Shown: one piece after another, positions 9,115-20,600 of the stretch
How the letters are laid out: every line of letters starts with the position of its first letter
Position numbering within the stretch: the first letter of the stretch is position 1
From: an uncultured candidate division Zixibacteria bacterium
Lineage (GTDB): Bacteria > Zixibacteria > MSB-5A5 > GN15 > FEB-12
Reading direction: 5' to 3'
Assembly: GCA_963735035.1 (NCBI GenBank)
Contig: CAVTJJ010000006.1
Location: 96,001 to 160,000 of the forward strand
Length of the DNA: 64,000 bases
Translations under genes and position numbers: made by a program
Notes under the pieces: model-generated
What the model saw: the letters and a program-made list of their open reading frames with translations, nothing else
What the model was told of the DNA's origin: nothing
Databases searched by the model: none

Positions 9115-10893
9115 TTACACCATCACGAACTGGCTCTTGAGTACGATCGCTTCCGGTTGACAAATCTGAGCGCATAGCGTACACCCGGTGCATAGCGTCT
9201 GATCGATGACCGCTTTGGGGCGGCCATGCTCGTTGGTTTCTTCTGAGGCCATTATCGCCGGGCAGGAGATGCGGAAGCAGGCCGAACAGCCGTTGCATCG
9301 CTCCAGATCGACCACATAAGGTTCGTCCATGATCCGTTTCGGCATGAGTACACAGGGACGATTGGTGACGATCACCGATGGCCCGGTGTTCTTGATTTCT
9401 TCTTCGATAGCCGTCAGGGTGGCTTCGTAATCGTACGGATCGACTTTGCGGAAATTCTTTACACCGAGGCCCCGGCAGAGTGCTTCCAGGTCAATCACTG
9501 TGGCGTTCCGGCCCATCAATGTCTTCCCGGTCGCCGGATGCTGCTGGCCGCCGGTCATAGCGGTGGCGCTGTTGTCGAGGATGATTACGGTCACATTGCT
9601 GTTGTTGTAGACCGCATCTACCAGCCCGGTGATGCCGGAGTGAAAGAAGGTGGAATCGCCGATTGCCGCCACCACCCCCTGAGCAGCGCCGTTGACTTTC
9701 TCCAAGCCGATAGCGTTGCCGATGGATGCTCCCATGCATATGCAGGTGTCGAGAGCGTCGAGCGGCTTGAGCACGCCGAGCGTGTAGCAGCCGATATCGC
9801 CGGTCACAGCTACTTTCAATTTGCGTAGCGCCATGAAAGCGCCCCGGTGCGGGCAACCGGGACAGAGCACGGGAGGACGAGGGAACAGCGGTTCGGTCTC
9901 GAAAGCTGCCTCCGGGATTCGCTCGATCAACCCGGCTTCAGCCAGGCCGTGGGCTACAAGTGCGGGGGAGAGTTCACCGCGCCGCCCGAAATATTTCTTC
10001 CCTTCGACATTCAATCCGGCCGCCTTGATTTGGTCTTCGTAGAACGGTTCAAGCTCTTCAACCACGATCACCCGTTGGTGCTTCTTCACGAACTCGGCGA
10101 TCTTCTTCATCGGAAGCGGATGGCCGAATCCTATTTTGAGGTAGTCAAATTGAGGAGCTACTTCTTTGGCGTACTGATAGGCGATGCCGCCTGTGATGAT
10201 CCCGATCTCTGAGCCGTTGGATTCGACCCGATTCAATGGGGTCCGTTCCGAATATTCCTGAAGTTTCGCGAGTCGTTCTTCGACAAACACATGTCTTATC
10301 CGGGCGTTGCTCGGAATCATGACATATTTGGCCGGGGCTTTGACAAATTTCTTTTCGGGTGGGGTCACCGGTTCGGCCAGTTCAACAATCCCCTTGGAAT
10401 GCGAGATGCGGGTGGTCATGTGCAGCATGACCGGCGTGTCGAACTCTTCAGATATCTCGTACGCCGTCAGGAGCATGTCCTTGCTTTCCTGGCTGTCCGA
10501 CGGATCGAGAAACGGCGTCTTGGCGAATCGAGCGAAGATACGATTGTCCTGCTCGTTCTGCGACGAATGCATCTCCGGGTCATCGGCCGAAACCAGTACA
10601 AATCCGCCGCCCACACCGGTGTATGAGAAAGTCATGTACGGATCAGCCGCCACATTCAGGCCGACATGTTTCATGGTCGTGAGGGCGCGGGCGCCGCCGA
10701 TTGAGGCGCCGATGGCTACTTCGAAAGCCACTTTCTCGTTGGGCGACCATTGAGCATAGATTGAGGGATATTTTTCGGCGACGGTTTCGAGGATTTCGGT
10801 GGACGGTGTGCCGGGGTATCCGGCGGCAAGCTTGACACCGGCTTCGAACGCTCCCCGGGCGACCGCCTCGTTTCCGGACAATAGCTCTTTCAT
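9115..10893 (-). CDS. iorA: Indolepyruvate:ferredoxin oxidoreductase alpha subunit
   Basis: MKELLSGNEAVARG, YPGTPSTE, NEKVAFE, SSQNEQD, LCPGCPH, GDIGCYTLG, GDSTF.HSG, two C-terminal CxxCxxC ferredoxin motifs; true start at 10893 rather than 11343. Confidence 0.93.
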   Translation of the reverse strand: MKELLSGNEAVARGAFEAGVKLAAGYPGTPSTEILETVAEKYPSIYAQWSPNEKVAFEVAIGASIGGARALTTMKHVGLNVAADPYMTFSYTGVGGGFVLVSADDPEMHSSQNEQDNRIFARFAKTPFLDPSDSQESKDMLLTAYEISEEFDTPVMLHMTTRISHSKGIVELAEPVTPPEKKFVKAPAKYVMIPSNARIRHVFVEERLAKLQEYSERTPLNRVESNGSEIGIITGGIAYQYAKEVAPQFDYLKIGFGHPLPMKKIAEFVKKHQRVIVVEELEPFYEDQIKAAGLNVEGKKYFGRRGELSPALVAHGLAEAGLIERIPEAAFETEPLFPRPPVLCPGCPHRGAFMALRKLKVAVTGDIGCYTLGVLKPLDALDTCICMGASIGNAIGLEKVNGAAQGVVAAIGDSTFFHSGITGLVDAVYNNSNVTVIILDNSATAMTGGQQHPATGKTLMGRNATVIDLEALCRGLGVKNFRKVDPYDYEATLTAIEEEIKNTGPSVIVTNRPCVLMPKRIMDEPYVVDLERCNGCSACFRISCPAIMASEETNEHGRPKAVIDQTLCTGCTLCAQICQPEAIVLKSQFVMV

Positions 10894-11103
10894 AGTGTCT
10901 CGCAATGAGTTGTGCGATGGGTCAGAGTGCGGGCGAGAGGTTTTGCCATGTAAGACATAACGGCCCAAATTAACGGCGGAACCGCTCGCTCCGCAATGGA
11001 ATTCTGGAAGTGATTGCCGTGATTTCTTGAATCTCCGACAGGGTCGGTGTCGTTTCCATACTGCTTGCTGAAAGGTATCAGAACGCGTATTCTTCATGAG
11101 TGT

Positions 11104-11799
11104 ATGAGAGCAGTGCCTATATTTGACTTGGATGGTTTGCTCATTGACAGTGAGCCCTTGTTTTTCCGGGCATACCGTGATGCTCTGGCAAGCCATGGTC
11201 TTGAGTTGACTATGGCTGATTTCGCCGCACATTGGACCAGAGATGGGAAAGGCATAAGGGAATTCATATCCGATAGAGGCTGGAATCTTCAAGCCGACCA
11301 AGTTAAGAGTGAACGCAAGGAAGGTTATAGGGCCCTCATCCAAGATTTCCTGCGGCCGATGCCGGGAGCGCAGAAGCTACTAGAGAGCGTCAAGGGACGA
11401 ACTGATATGGCGTTGGTCACATCTTCAAGCCGAGAAGATGTTGAGTATATACTTACACGACTGGACTGGAAGTGTTTCTTTGATGTGGTGATCACCGAGG
11501 ACGACGGCTACCCGCGTAAGCCATCCCCGAATATGTTCTCGGCCGCGGTAGCGCAATTGAAAGCAGCTCCGTCTCAGTGCGTTATTCTGGAAGACGCCAG
11601 AAAAGGGCTCGTTGCCGCCTTGGCCGCGGGTATCAAATGTGTTGTAGTCCCGAATCAGTTCACCTGTACCAACGATTTCTCCGGCGCTACCTCAGTACTA
11701 CCTTCTTTGGAGAAGATAACCCCTGAGTATCTGGACACTCTTGTTGCAGAAGTATTGATTCCCGAATCGAAGCGGAGCGGAGAGAGCACCAATGGCTGA
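11104..11799 (+). CDS. HAD-superfamily phosphatase (beta-PGM/CbbY-like)
   Basis: FDLDGLLIDSE motif I, VTSS motif II, RKPSP motif III, LEDARKG motif IV. Confidence 0.88.
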   Translation: MRAVPIFDLDGLLIDSEPLFFRAYRDALASHGLELTMADFAAHWTRDGKGIREFISDRGWNLQADQVKSERKEGYRALIQDFLRPMPGAQKLLESVKGRTDMALVTSSSREDVEYILTRLDWKCFFDVVITEDDGYPRKPSPNMFSAAVAQLKAAPSQCVILEDARKGLVAALAAGIKCVVVPNQFTCTNDFSGATSVLPSLEKITPEYLDTLVAEVLIPESKRSGESTNG

Positions 11800-12925
11800 A
11801 TGTGAAGATAATTCTCGATTGACTCTGAATACCGTCGCGGACTCTTGCTGCGGCGGGGCTGCGCCCCAAATTCCATACGTCTCACACGAAGGGTGGTGCG
11901 ATGGTACAGTCAAGACTTCGATAGGTGAAATCCCTCGGATGTCCACCAAGATCACACGGGCAGACCGTCTCGAACATTGGAAAGTCCGCTGGGGAATCGG
12001 TCGGATGGGGTACGCTGTCGCCCCCGGTCTCTACGCGTTCGGGAATCCAAATCCCGACTCGCGAGTCTTCGTCACGGCCAATTTCAAAATGAGTGTCGAT
12101 TCCCTGCGTTCGGCGCTGGACGGTCTCGACGGCTGGGTTCTCGTGCTTGATACCAGAGGCATCAATGTCTGGTGCGCTGCCGGGAAAGGGACATTCGGCA
12201 CGAAAGAGTTGATTCAGCGCATCTTCATCACCCGGTTGTCACAGTTGGTCACTCATCGGAAATTGATAGTCCCCCAGTTGGGTGCCCCCGGAGTGGTCGC
12301 CCATGAAGTCAAACAACAGACCGGATTTACTGTGCGGTATGGTCCGGTGCGGGCGGCTGACATTCCGACCTATCTTGATTCCCATCTTAAGGCTACGCCG
12401 GAGATGCGGCGGGTACAATTTCCTGTGAAGAATAGGCTCGCCCTGGTGCCCGTGGACTTGATCCAATGGGGCCGCTGGGGCCTGCTGGCATCAGTGGTTC
12501 TTGGGCTCGTGTGTGGCTTCGGCAGCGGCATCTTCTCGATTGAACGAGCTCTCTGGCAGACTCTTCGGGCGGCGGTGCCGATTCTGGGCGGGCTGTCGGC
12601 CGGGGCGCTGTTTACGTCGTGGTTTCTGCCCTGGTTGCCCGGACGAGCGTTTGCAATCAAAGGAGCCTGGGCCGGCGTTATATATCTGTTATTTCTGGGA
12701 ATATTGTTTCTGACGTTTCCGAACATTAAGGTCGGCTGGGTTGATTGGGCGTCATCGGTATTGCTGGTCACGTCCGCGGCCAGTTTTGTCGGCATGAACT
12801 TCACGGGATCGTCAACCTATACATCGCTCTCCGGCGTCAAGAAGGAGATGCGTGTAGCAGTGCCGGTGCAGGCGGCAGTCGCATTGATCGGTCTCGGTTT
12901 CTGGGTGGCAGGGAGGTTTGTATGA
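11792..12925 (+). CDS. hgcA: Mercury methylation corrinoid protein HgcA
   Basis: Diagnostic cap-helix GINVWCAAGKGTFGT, TANFKMS, LIVPQLGAPGV, YGPVRA.D, C-terminal TM domain with NFTGSSTYTSLSGVKKEM. Confidence 0.95.
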   Translation: MAECEDNSRLTLNTVADSCCGGAAPQIPYVSHEGWCDGTVKTSIGEIPRMSTKITRADRLEHWKVRWGIGRMGYAVAPGLYAFGNPNPDSRVFVTANFKMSVDSLRSALDGLDGWVLVLDTRGINVWCAAGKGTFGTKELIQRIFITRLSQLVTHRKLIVPQLGAPGVVAHEVKQQTGFTVRYGPVRAADIPTYLDSHLKATPEMRRVQFPVKNRLALVPVDLIQWGRWGLLASVVLGLVCGFGSGIFSIERALWQTLRAAVPILGGLSAGALFTSWFLPWLPGRAFAIKGAWAGVIYLLFLGILFLTFPNIKVGWVDWASSVLLVTSAASFVGMNFTGSSTYTSLSGVKKEMRVAVPVQAAVALIGLGFWVAGRFV

Positions 12926-13230
12926 TGTCAACGACCTATCGATACTTGCCCGGGGTGACATCCCTGCAGCTTGATCAGACTAAATGCAAGGGTTGCCGTC
13001 TATGCACTGAGGTCTGCCCCCACGGAGTCTTCGTTGTCGAGAATCATCATTCTTCAATCGTCGACCGGGATGCCTGTATGGAATGCGGCGCCTGTGCCCG
13101 CAACTGCGAATCGGGGGCGATAACCGTGCAGTCCGGGGTCGGTTGTGCCACGGCGATCATCTACGGGGCTTTGACCGGCAAAGAACCCACCTGCGGTGGC
13201 GACACTCCCCAGGCTTCATGTTGCGGCTGA
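12922..13230 (+). CDS. hgcB: Mercury methylation ferredoxin HgcB
   Basis: CKGCRLCTEVCPHGVF, CMECGACARNC, GVGCA and C-terminal CC; overlaps the hgcA stop. Confidence 0.95.
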   Translation: MMSTTYRYLPGVTSLQLDQTKCKGCRLCTEVCPHGVFVVENHHSSIVDRDACMECGACARNCESGAITVQSGVGCATAIIYGALTGKEPTCGGDTPQASCCG

Positions 13231-13242
13231 TCGAACCAGGCC

Positions 13243-14262
13243 ATGATCGATTATCTGAAAAACAGGCACATACTGGTCGTGGGTGGAGCTGGATACATCG
13301 GCTCCGTTCTCACCCGGACTCTCCTAAAGCGGGGGTATAGGGTTCGGGTCCTTGATGCCCTTCTATACAACAATGAGTTCGCCGTACGTGAGCTTTTCGG
13401 CCAGCCGCGGTTCTCTTTTGTTCTCGGAGATTTGTGCAAGGAAGATGACTTGCGGATAGCCCTGGACGGGGTCACCGACGTTGTTCTCCTAGCCGCGTTA
13501 GTGGGAGATCCGGTCTGTCGCCGGTATCCCGATCTGGCCCGCCACATCAATGAAACCGGGACAATTCGCCTGATCGAATATCTTGCCGGTACCTCAATCA
13601 GACGGCTCGTCTTCATGTCGACCTGCAGCAACTACGGTTTGCGGTCGGATGACACGGAAGCCACCGAAACCAGTGAATTGAACCCGCAGTCGCTTTACGC
13701 CGAATCCAAGGTCAAGATAGAGCGCTATCTGCTGGATCATTCTGGTTCGCTTGGATATACGTTCACAATCCTCAGGTCGGCGACCGCCTACGGTGTCTCG
13801 CCCCGGATGCGTTTCGATCTCACGGTCAATGAATTTACCCGCGAGCTGGCCCTCAGACGCGAGCTGGAGGTGTACGACGCCGACACCTGGCGGCCTTACT
13901 GTCATGTCGAGGACATAGCCGAGGCCATCAGGTTGGTTTTGTCGGCTGATGAGAAGTTGATCGGAAGTGAGGTTTTCAACGTTGGAGCCGGCTCCGAGAA
14001 TCATACTAAACGGATGATCGTGAGTTATCTGAAAGAAATTCTGCCCGATGGGATCGTGCGGTTCCGGGAAGGCCGGGTCGATCCCCGCAATTATTGCGTT
14101 TCATTTGATAAAATCAGCACCCGGATTGCGTTCCAACCGAGTTGGACCGTGCGACGGTTCATACCTGAGTTGACGCGGCTTATCATGAATGGCGCCTACG
14201 AATCATCCGAGGATGAGTCAAGCATCTACGGCAATACAGCCCCGGACATCACGACGCCGTAA
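13243..14262 (+). CDS. NAD-dependent epimerase/dehydratase (extended SDR)
   Basis: GGAGYIGS, LAALVGDP.C, STCSNYG, YAESK, SPRMRFDLTVNEF, WRPYCHV.D. Confidence 0.88.
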   Translation: MIDYLKNRHILVVGGAGYIGSVLTRTLLKRGYRVRVLDALLYNNEFAVRELFGQPRFSFVLGDLCKEDDLRIALDGVTDVVLLAALVGDPVCRRYPDLARHINETGTIRLIEYLAGTSIRRLVFMSTCSNYGLRSDDTEATETSELNPQSLYAESKVKIERYLLDHSGSLGYTFTILRSATAYGVSPRMRFDLTVNEFTRELALRRELEVYDADTWRPYCHVEDIAEAIRLVLSADEKLIGSEVFNVGAGSENHTKRMIVSYLKEILPDGIVRFREGRVDPRNYCVSFDKISTRIAFQPSWTVRRFIPELTRLIMNGAYESSEDESSIYGNTAPDITTP

Positions 14263-14688
14263 TCCACGGCCACACAACACGTTAACGGGTTCATTATTGA
14301 TCCGTTTGGTCTGTGCGGGCCATGCAAGATCAATGCCTACAATTCTTGTCTTATATTCTGTGTGAGGCAGTCTTAGCTCTGTGTGGGGATGAATGTTCGG
14401 TCCTTTGGGATGTCTGGAAGGTGCCCGATGTCTCATTGATGAGAAAAAAAGTGTGCAGAAATTGCGCCATTGACCGAAATTGTTATTAACAACTTTCTTT
14501 TTTGGTTGACACTTGGCTGTCAAAAGTGCTCATAAGAGGTTGTAACACATAGGATGAGGGTGCTAGGACTGCACCAAATTGTTGCCAAGGAGCGGATACA
14601 TGCCTCTTGTTATTCATGCGGCTCTTCAGGCCTATTTCAGAAATCCAAGAGTAGTTATACAAGCATCGTTGCAGGAAGGAGTACTGGT

Positions 14689-17623
14689 ATGATGCCAAAA
14701 GCACTGCTTGCTGTGATGGTACTATTCTGTGTTGGAGCCATCTCTGTATGGGGTGCCACCACAGGAGCCATCAGCGGCTTGATCACCGATTCCCAGACCG
14801 GGGAACCCGTAGTTGGGGTTACCGTCATGGTCGTGGGCACAAACCTGGGAGCGTCTTCGGACGTCGACGGCCGGTACACGATCATAAACGTGCCGGTCGG
14901 AACCTACACTCTGAAAATGAGTTCGGTAGGTTATGCGACAGTCGACGTTTCTAACGTCTCCGTGTCGGTTGATTTAACCACCTATCAGTCGCAGACTATG
15001 AGTTCGCAGGCCACCGATATCGGTAAGACGATTCAGGTGACTGCCGAACGCAAGCTGATCATCGAGGACAAAACGACTTCGGTAAACGTCGTTACCCGCG
15101 ATGAATTGCTCGCCATGCCGACACGCGGGTTCGAGCAGGTGGTTGGTATCCAGAACAGCGTTGTTCGGATGAACTCCAACGTCGATACCCGCCAGCGCGG
15201 GTTCCGTCCGGCGGTAGGCAATGCCCCGGAAATCAACCTGCGCGGCGGTCGTCCGTCGGAAGTTGCTTACTACGTCGATGGGTTCTCTCAACAGGATCCG
15301 TTGACCGGTTTGTCGACAGCCAACATCAACAACAACGCCATCAAGGAAGTGCAGGTCACGTCTGGTGCGTTTTCGGCGGAGTACGGCCATGTTGCCTCAG
15401 GTATTGTCAATGTCACAACTAATTCCGGGAGTGACAAATATCACGGCAACGTCGAGGCGGTTTCTGACGCCGTTGCGGGCAAGTTCGGCTACGACGAGTT
15501 CGACCAGAATTGGTACTCTGCCGACTTGTCAGGACCGATTCCGGGCATGAGTAAAGGGTATTTCTTCTTGTCAGGTGAGCGGCGCTACCTTGGCGACCGT
15601 CAACCGTCCTCAAAGACGTACGACATTTACTCAAAATTCGGATTGGCCAAGGATTTTGACAAGCCCTGGCAGAAGCCTAACAATAGCCTCAAGGGCTGGT
15701 CGTACCAGGGCAAGCTGGATTTTGATATCACTCCGAATATGAAGCTGGGTCTCAGCGGTAACGGATCAATCGATCAATGGAATCGTTACATACATTCGTA
15801 CATGAATCCGGATTTCCCGGAGCAGATTAAGCACTCTCCGTATTATGACGACCGCAACCTTGGCATTAACGCCAAGCTGACCCATACTCTCAGCAGCAAC
15901 ACTTTCTATAACTTGAGTCGTCTCTTATTTCAAGGTGACACGACTCTACGTTGACGGTGTCCTGAGAGGTAATTACAACGCCTACCGGCGCGATGGGGCC
16001 AATCCGCGGCAGGACAAATACTCATTGTTCCAGGAAGGCACGCCTCACTACGCGAGTGAGTTCGACCCAGCGATAGATTCCGGATCTGCGCAGGATGTGT
16101 TGGTGCGGTATGACGCATCATATTTCGATCGGTTTGAGGACCGTCGGTCGCAATACCTCGGAAGCAAGGGTGTGCTGACCCATCAATTCTCGGCCAGCAA
16201 CACACTTACTTCAGGATTTGACTTCCAGTATCACACTCTGCGACTATTCCAGAATTTGTCGCCGACCGATCCGAGCGGATTCCAGATCAATAATGTCAAT
16301 TATTACGGCTTTGACAGTCTCGGCAACGTAGCTGATCCGTCCGGTTACCAGAACAGCACGAAACACCCTTACAATCTGGGTCTCTTCTTGCAGGATCGTC
16401 TGGAGCATCGCGGTTTGATTATTCAGGCCGGTCTGCGTTTCGACGTCTTCGACTACAGGTCGCAACGCTTGAAAGACATTCACAAACCGTTCGATCCGGC
16501 AGGCTCTGATACTGCTCACATTACTATTCTGGACCCGACCGATTTGACGTCTTCGAAGAAGTTCACGCGTCTATCGCCACGATTGGGCATTTCCTTCCCG
16601 ATCAGCGACAAGACTCAGATGCACGTCAACTATGGTATATTTTACCAACGGCCGGATTTGACTAATCTCTATTCCGGGTGGAACTTCGTGTATGGGCGCA
16701 TCGGCGGCGGTTCATATTACCCGCAACCGTCACCAAATCTGGGGCCGGAAACAATCACGCAGTACGAAGTTGGTATGAGTCACCAACTGGGTGATTTCAC
16801 TGCGGTTGACATAACTGCTTACTACAAGGACGTGAAGGACCTTACGCAGATTATCAGTATTCCCGCTTTTCCACTTGAGTGGTGGTCTTACGGTAACGCC
16901 GACTTCGGTACGATCAAGGGCGTGGACTTCAGCCTCACCATGCGCCAGACGCATAACATCAGCATGAGCCTGAAGTATTCGCTGAGTTACGCTCAAGGCA
17001 CCGGTTCCTACTCGCAGTCGCAGTACAACATTGCGTGGAAGAATCCTACTGGTACTCCCAGGGTGACTAATCCGCTCGATTACGATCAGCGGCACAGCCT
17101 TATTGGAATGTTTGACATTCGCACCGGCGCCAAAGAGGGGCCAAGATTCGGCGATGCGCATCCGTTGGAGAACACAGGACTGAACATTCTCATCCAGGCT
17201 GCCAGCGGTACGCCGTTTACCCCGATGCAACCATACGATGCCATTACGGCTGCGGCGGTTCAGCAGATACCGACTGGTCCGATCAACTCGGCGCATCTGC
17301 CGTGGACCTTTACGGTTGATATGAAGCTGGAGCGTACGTTCACGCTGGGCGCCTATAAGCTGGTGCCCTATTTGTGGGTCAAGAATCTGCTCAACTATGA
17401 GAATGTTATCGCGGTCTACGAAGGTACCGGCGAACCATATTCGACCGGTTGGCTCGAGACCCCGACTGGTGCGAATGATGTCGACAGAACGGACCCGGGT
17501 ATTGCGCACATAGCAGGGAACTATGGCGAGCAGTACTCTTACCGGTACGATCTGCTACAGAACAATCCGACCAACTATTCCAACCCGCGCATGATCATCG
17601 CCGGGCTACGAATGTCGTTCTAG
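14689..17623 (+). CDS. TonB-dependent receptor with N-terminal carboxypeptidase-regulatory-like domain; apparent +1 frameshift near 15918
   Basis: Signal peptide, GAISGLITD...GEP..G.TV...GT.LGA.SD.DG.Y, plug LRGGR..EVAYYVDG and GAFSAEYG, barrel SPRLGISFPISD, C-terminal Phe. One-base removal in TTGAGTCGTCTCTTAT joins ORFs 14554-15954 and 15935-17623; RBS AGGAG before 14689. Confidence 0.85.
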
Positions 17624-17643
17624 GGAAAGTGAGGAAAGTAGAT

Positions 17644-20600
17644 ATGAAAATAAAACTTCTGGCATGTCTGCTGGTTCTCTTATTCGGCCTGCCATTGATG
17701 GCGGCGCCGCCAAAGGGGATATCAGCACAAGACGGGGCGCTCACGGTGGACAATTCCGTGTTCATCGACGCCAATAAGATTCTAATGTTTGTTACGAATC
17801 ACGGCAATTTCGGCCGCGATCTGGGTGGCCGCTTCGGCTACGACTACGGTACCTTCTTCCCGTTTACAAGTGTGCCGGCTATTGACGACGGTTCCAACGT
17901 GACTTCACCCTATTATGCCGGCGGCATCTGGGTAGGCGGAAGAGATTCGGCCACCGGCGACACGCTGGTGACCGTCGCCATCTACAGCGACGAGTACGTC
18001 CCTGGTCCTGCCCTGGGTGGAACGTTTCAGGCCGACCGTGCCGAGTTCCACGTCTACAAGTTGTTCCAGGACAGCCTGACGTCCAATCCCAACGCGGACT
18101 ATACGAACTGGCCGTGGGATCAGGGGGCGTCCCGACATTATATCTATACTGTCGATACGACCGTGCTGCCATGGGACAGCACTCTAGTTGATTCGGTGCC
18201 TGGCATTATTGGTGATCAGTTCTGCTGGTCGGCCTGCAATGACTTTAATCCGGCTCAGCATAACAACTCCTCCGGCTCAACCGCGCCGCTGGGTATTGAA
18301 GTCAAGACGTCGACCTTCGCTTTCTCACGCGAAGATCCCCTTGGCAACTGTCTGTTCATACGATTCCAGATCTACAACCGCGGGGATAAGGTTCTTGAGA
18401 ATTGCCTGTTCTCGATCTGGTCCGATCCTGATCTGGGTGGTTCGGGCGACGACCTGGTCGGTGTGGATACTCTCACTAACCTTGCTTATTGTTACAACGC
18501 CACTAACAGCGACCAGAAGTATGGTTCGACTCCACCGGCAATTGGAATTGACTTTTTCCAGGGCCCGCTCGAATACACCGGCCTGGAGACGGATACGGCG
18601 AAGATGTGGGGCAAGCTGTGGCCTGGGTACAAGAATATGGGTATGTACTCGTTCAATAAGTACGTCAACGGTACCGACCCCAACGACTGGCGAGAATCTT
18701 ACCGGTTTATGGCTGGACTTGACGCCAAGAACGGCGGCGCTCCCTTCGTTAATCCGACCACTGGGCAGGTTACCCGGTATGTAATGACCGGCGATCCGGT
18801 GACCGAAACGGGCTGGCGGGACAACACTCCCGCCGACCGCCGTATGCAGGAGACGACTGGCCCGATCACTTTCCGACCCGGTGACAGCATCGAAATCGTC
18901 TGCGCCATGGTCATTGGTCGTGGCGGTGATCGTCTGTCATCTATTTCGGTCATGAGGTACTATGACCGCTTTGCTCAGGATGCCTACGACAAGGACTTCG
19001 TTCTGGCTCAGCCGCCGGCTCCACCTGTGGTTTCGGTGGCGCAGTTGGAGAACGAGGTGGTACTTAACTGGACTGATACCTCGGAAGTGGATCACGGTGA
19101 TTACCCGTTCGAAGGGTACACTGTCTACCAGGGCCCTGGTTCCAGCGGTCCGTGGACCCGTATTGCCAACTTCGACGTGGTCAACGGCGTTGCCCAGATC
19201 CTAGACGAGGTCCTCGATCCGGCGACCACAGCGCTCGAACAGCGGCTGGTCAAGCTTGGCACCGACAACGGCATCATGCGGTACTTCACGGTGACCCAGG
19301 ACTATCTCACGGGAGGCCCACTGCGGAATCTTACGACCTACTACTTCCGCGTTGAAGCGTATTCGTTCGATAATATAGCCACCCCCAAAACCCTGACCTC
19401 GGCCAACCTCGACCCGATCGAGCTCATCCCGAGAGCTCCGGTGGCGAACGAAACCTATAGCATGGTAGTGGGTGAATTCGACTCGGTGGTGCACGTCTCC
19501 GGTGTGTCCGACGGCATCATCACGGCTGAAGTCATCGACCCCAGCATTCTTACGGGCCACACTTATCGGGTCACGTTTGAGGAAAACAACGAGGCCGGTC
19601 TGCATGCCGGCAACGCCCTGGGTGTTGCCTGGTTCCTTATCGACAGCACTAGCGGTGACACTCTGCTGAGAGATATGACCAATCTTTCGGGGGACAACAA
19701 CTATCCCATCAAAGATGGCTTCATGTGCCGGGTGTCCGGCCCGCCGCTTCTAGGGCTTGCTTATCAGTATGTCGCTCCTGCGACGCCGAATATAAGCCCG
19801 GTCGCTGCCGTTGACGACACCGCTTACACCGGTGACCGCTGGTTTACGGGCGATCCCGTCAATGGCGGTGAGCTCATGTTTGGTGGTATATTCATGGAGC
19901 CGAACTTCTGGGGTAGCACCAGCCTGGGACCGACAGATTATCCCACCATTGAGGTGCGTTGGCGCCCCATGCAGAGCTACACCGATCTGAACGGCGACGG
20001 CCACTACACCATCGGCGAACCTTATGTCGTGGATGATACTACGTTAACTCAGCGAGCATTCATGTATCAGGGCTTCGCAGGCGGGCTGTACCAGGGGTTC
20101 AATAAGGTTCCGTTCTCCGCGTGGGACGTTTCCGATCCGGCGAATCCGCGGCAGGTGAACGTTGTCGTACGAGATCGTGATGCGAACGGTCAGTGGGATG
20201 AGAACTGGTTGGCCGATACCATTGCCAATCCGGCCGACACGATACTTCCCAGACGTGGCGATCTTCAGTACAACTACACCTGGATACTGAACACGACCTA
20301 TGATCCTACGGGTACGATGTATGGTGACGGAACCGGCGGATCAGTTGATTTCTGGAGTTACGACGATGGTAACGGGTTGTGGGATGCGGCCTGGATGATG
20401 TGGCTCTACCCGCGTACACGTCCAGAACTAGGAGCTGAAGGTATTCTTCGTCTGGTCCCACCAGCCGTTATCACGGGTAATGACTCTTACAGCTTTGTGC
20501 CTGCTGCCCCTACAGCGGTGGTTCCAAGCGAACAGGCATTAGCCGCTATCAAGGCCGTCCCGAATCCGTTCTATCTGTTTGGTCCATACGATCCGGCGGT

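Noticed and set aside
10894..11343. 150-aa N-terminal extension of IorA in the ORF track
   Set aside because: It overlaps the opposite-strand HAD gene; IorA similarity begins at MKELLSGNEA (10893)
11792..12925. Acetyl-CoA synthase corrinoid subunit (CdhE/AcsC)
   Set aside because: It has the HgcA-specific NVWCAAGK motif, a C-terminal TM domain and an adjacent hgcB
13228..13245. The hgcB TGA stop is in frame with the downstream epimerase (TGA TCG AAC CAG GCC ATG), suggesting Sec readthrough or a fusion
   Set aside because: HgcB already ends in the canonical CCG, no SECIS-like hairpin follows, and same-frame adjacency occurs one time in three by chance
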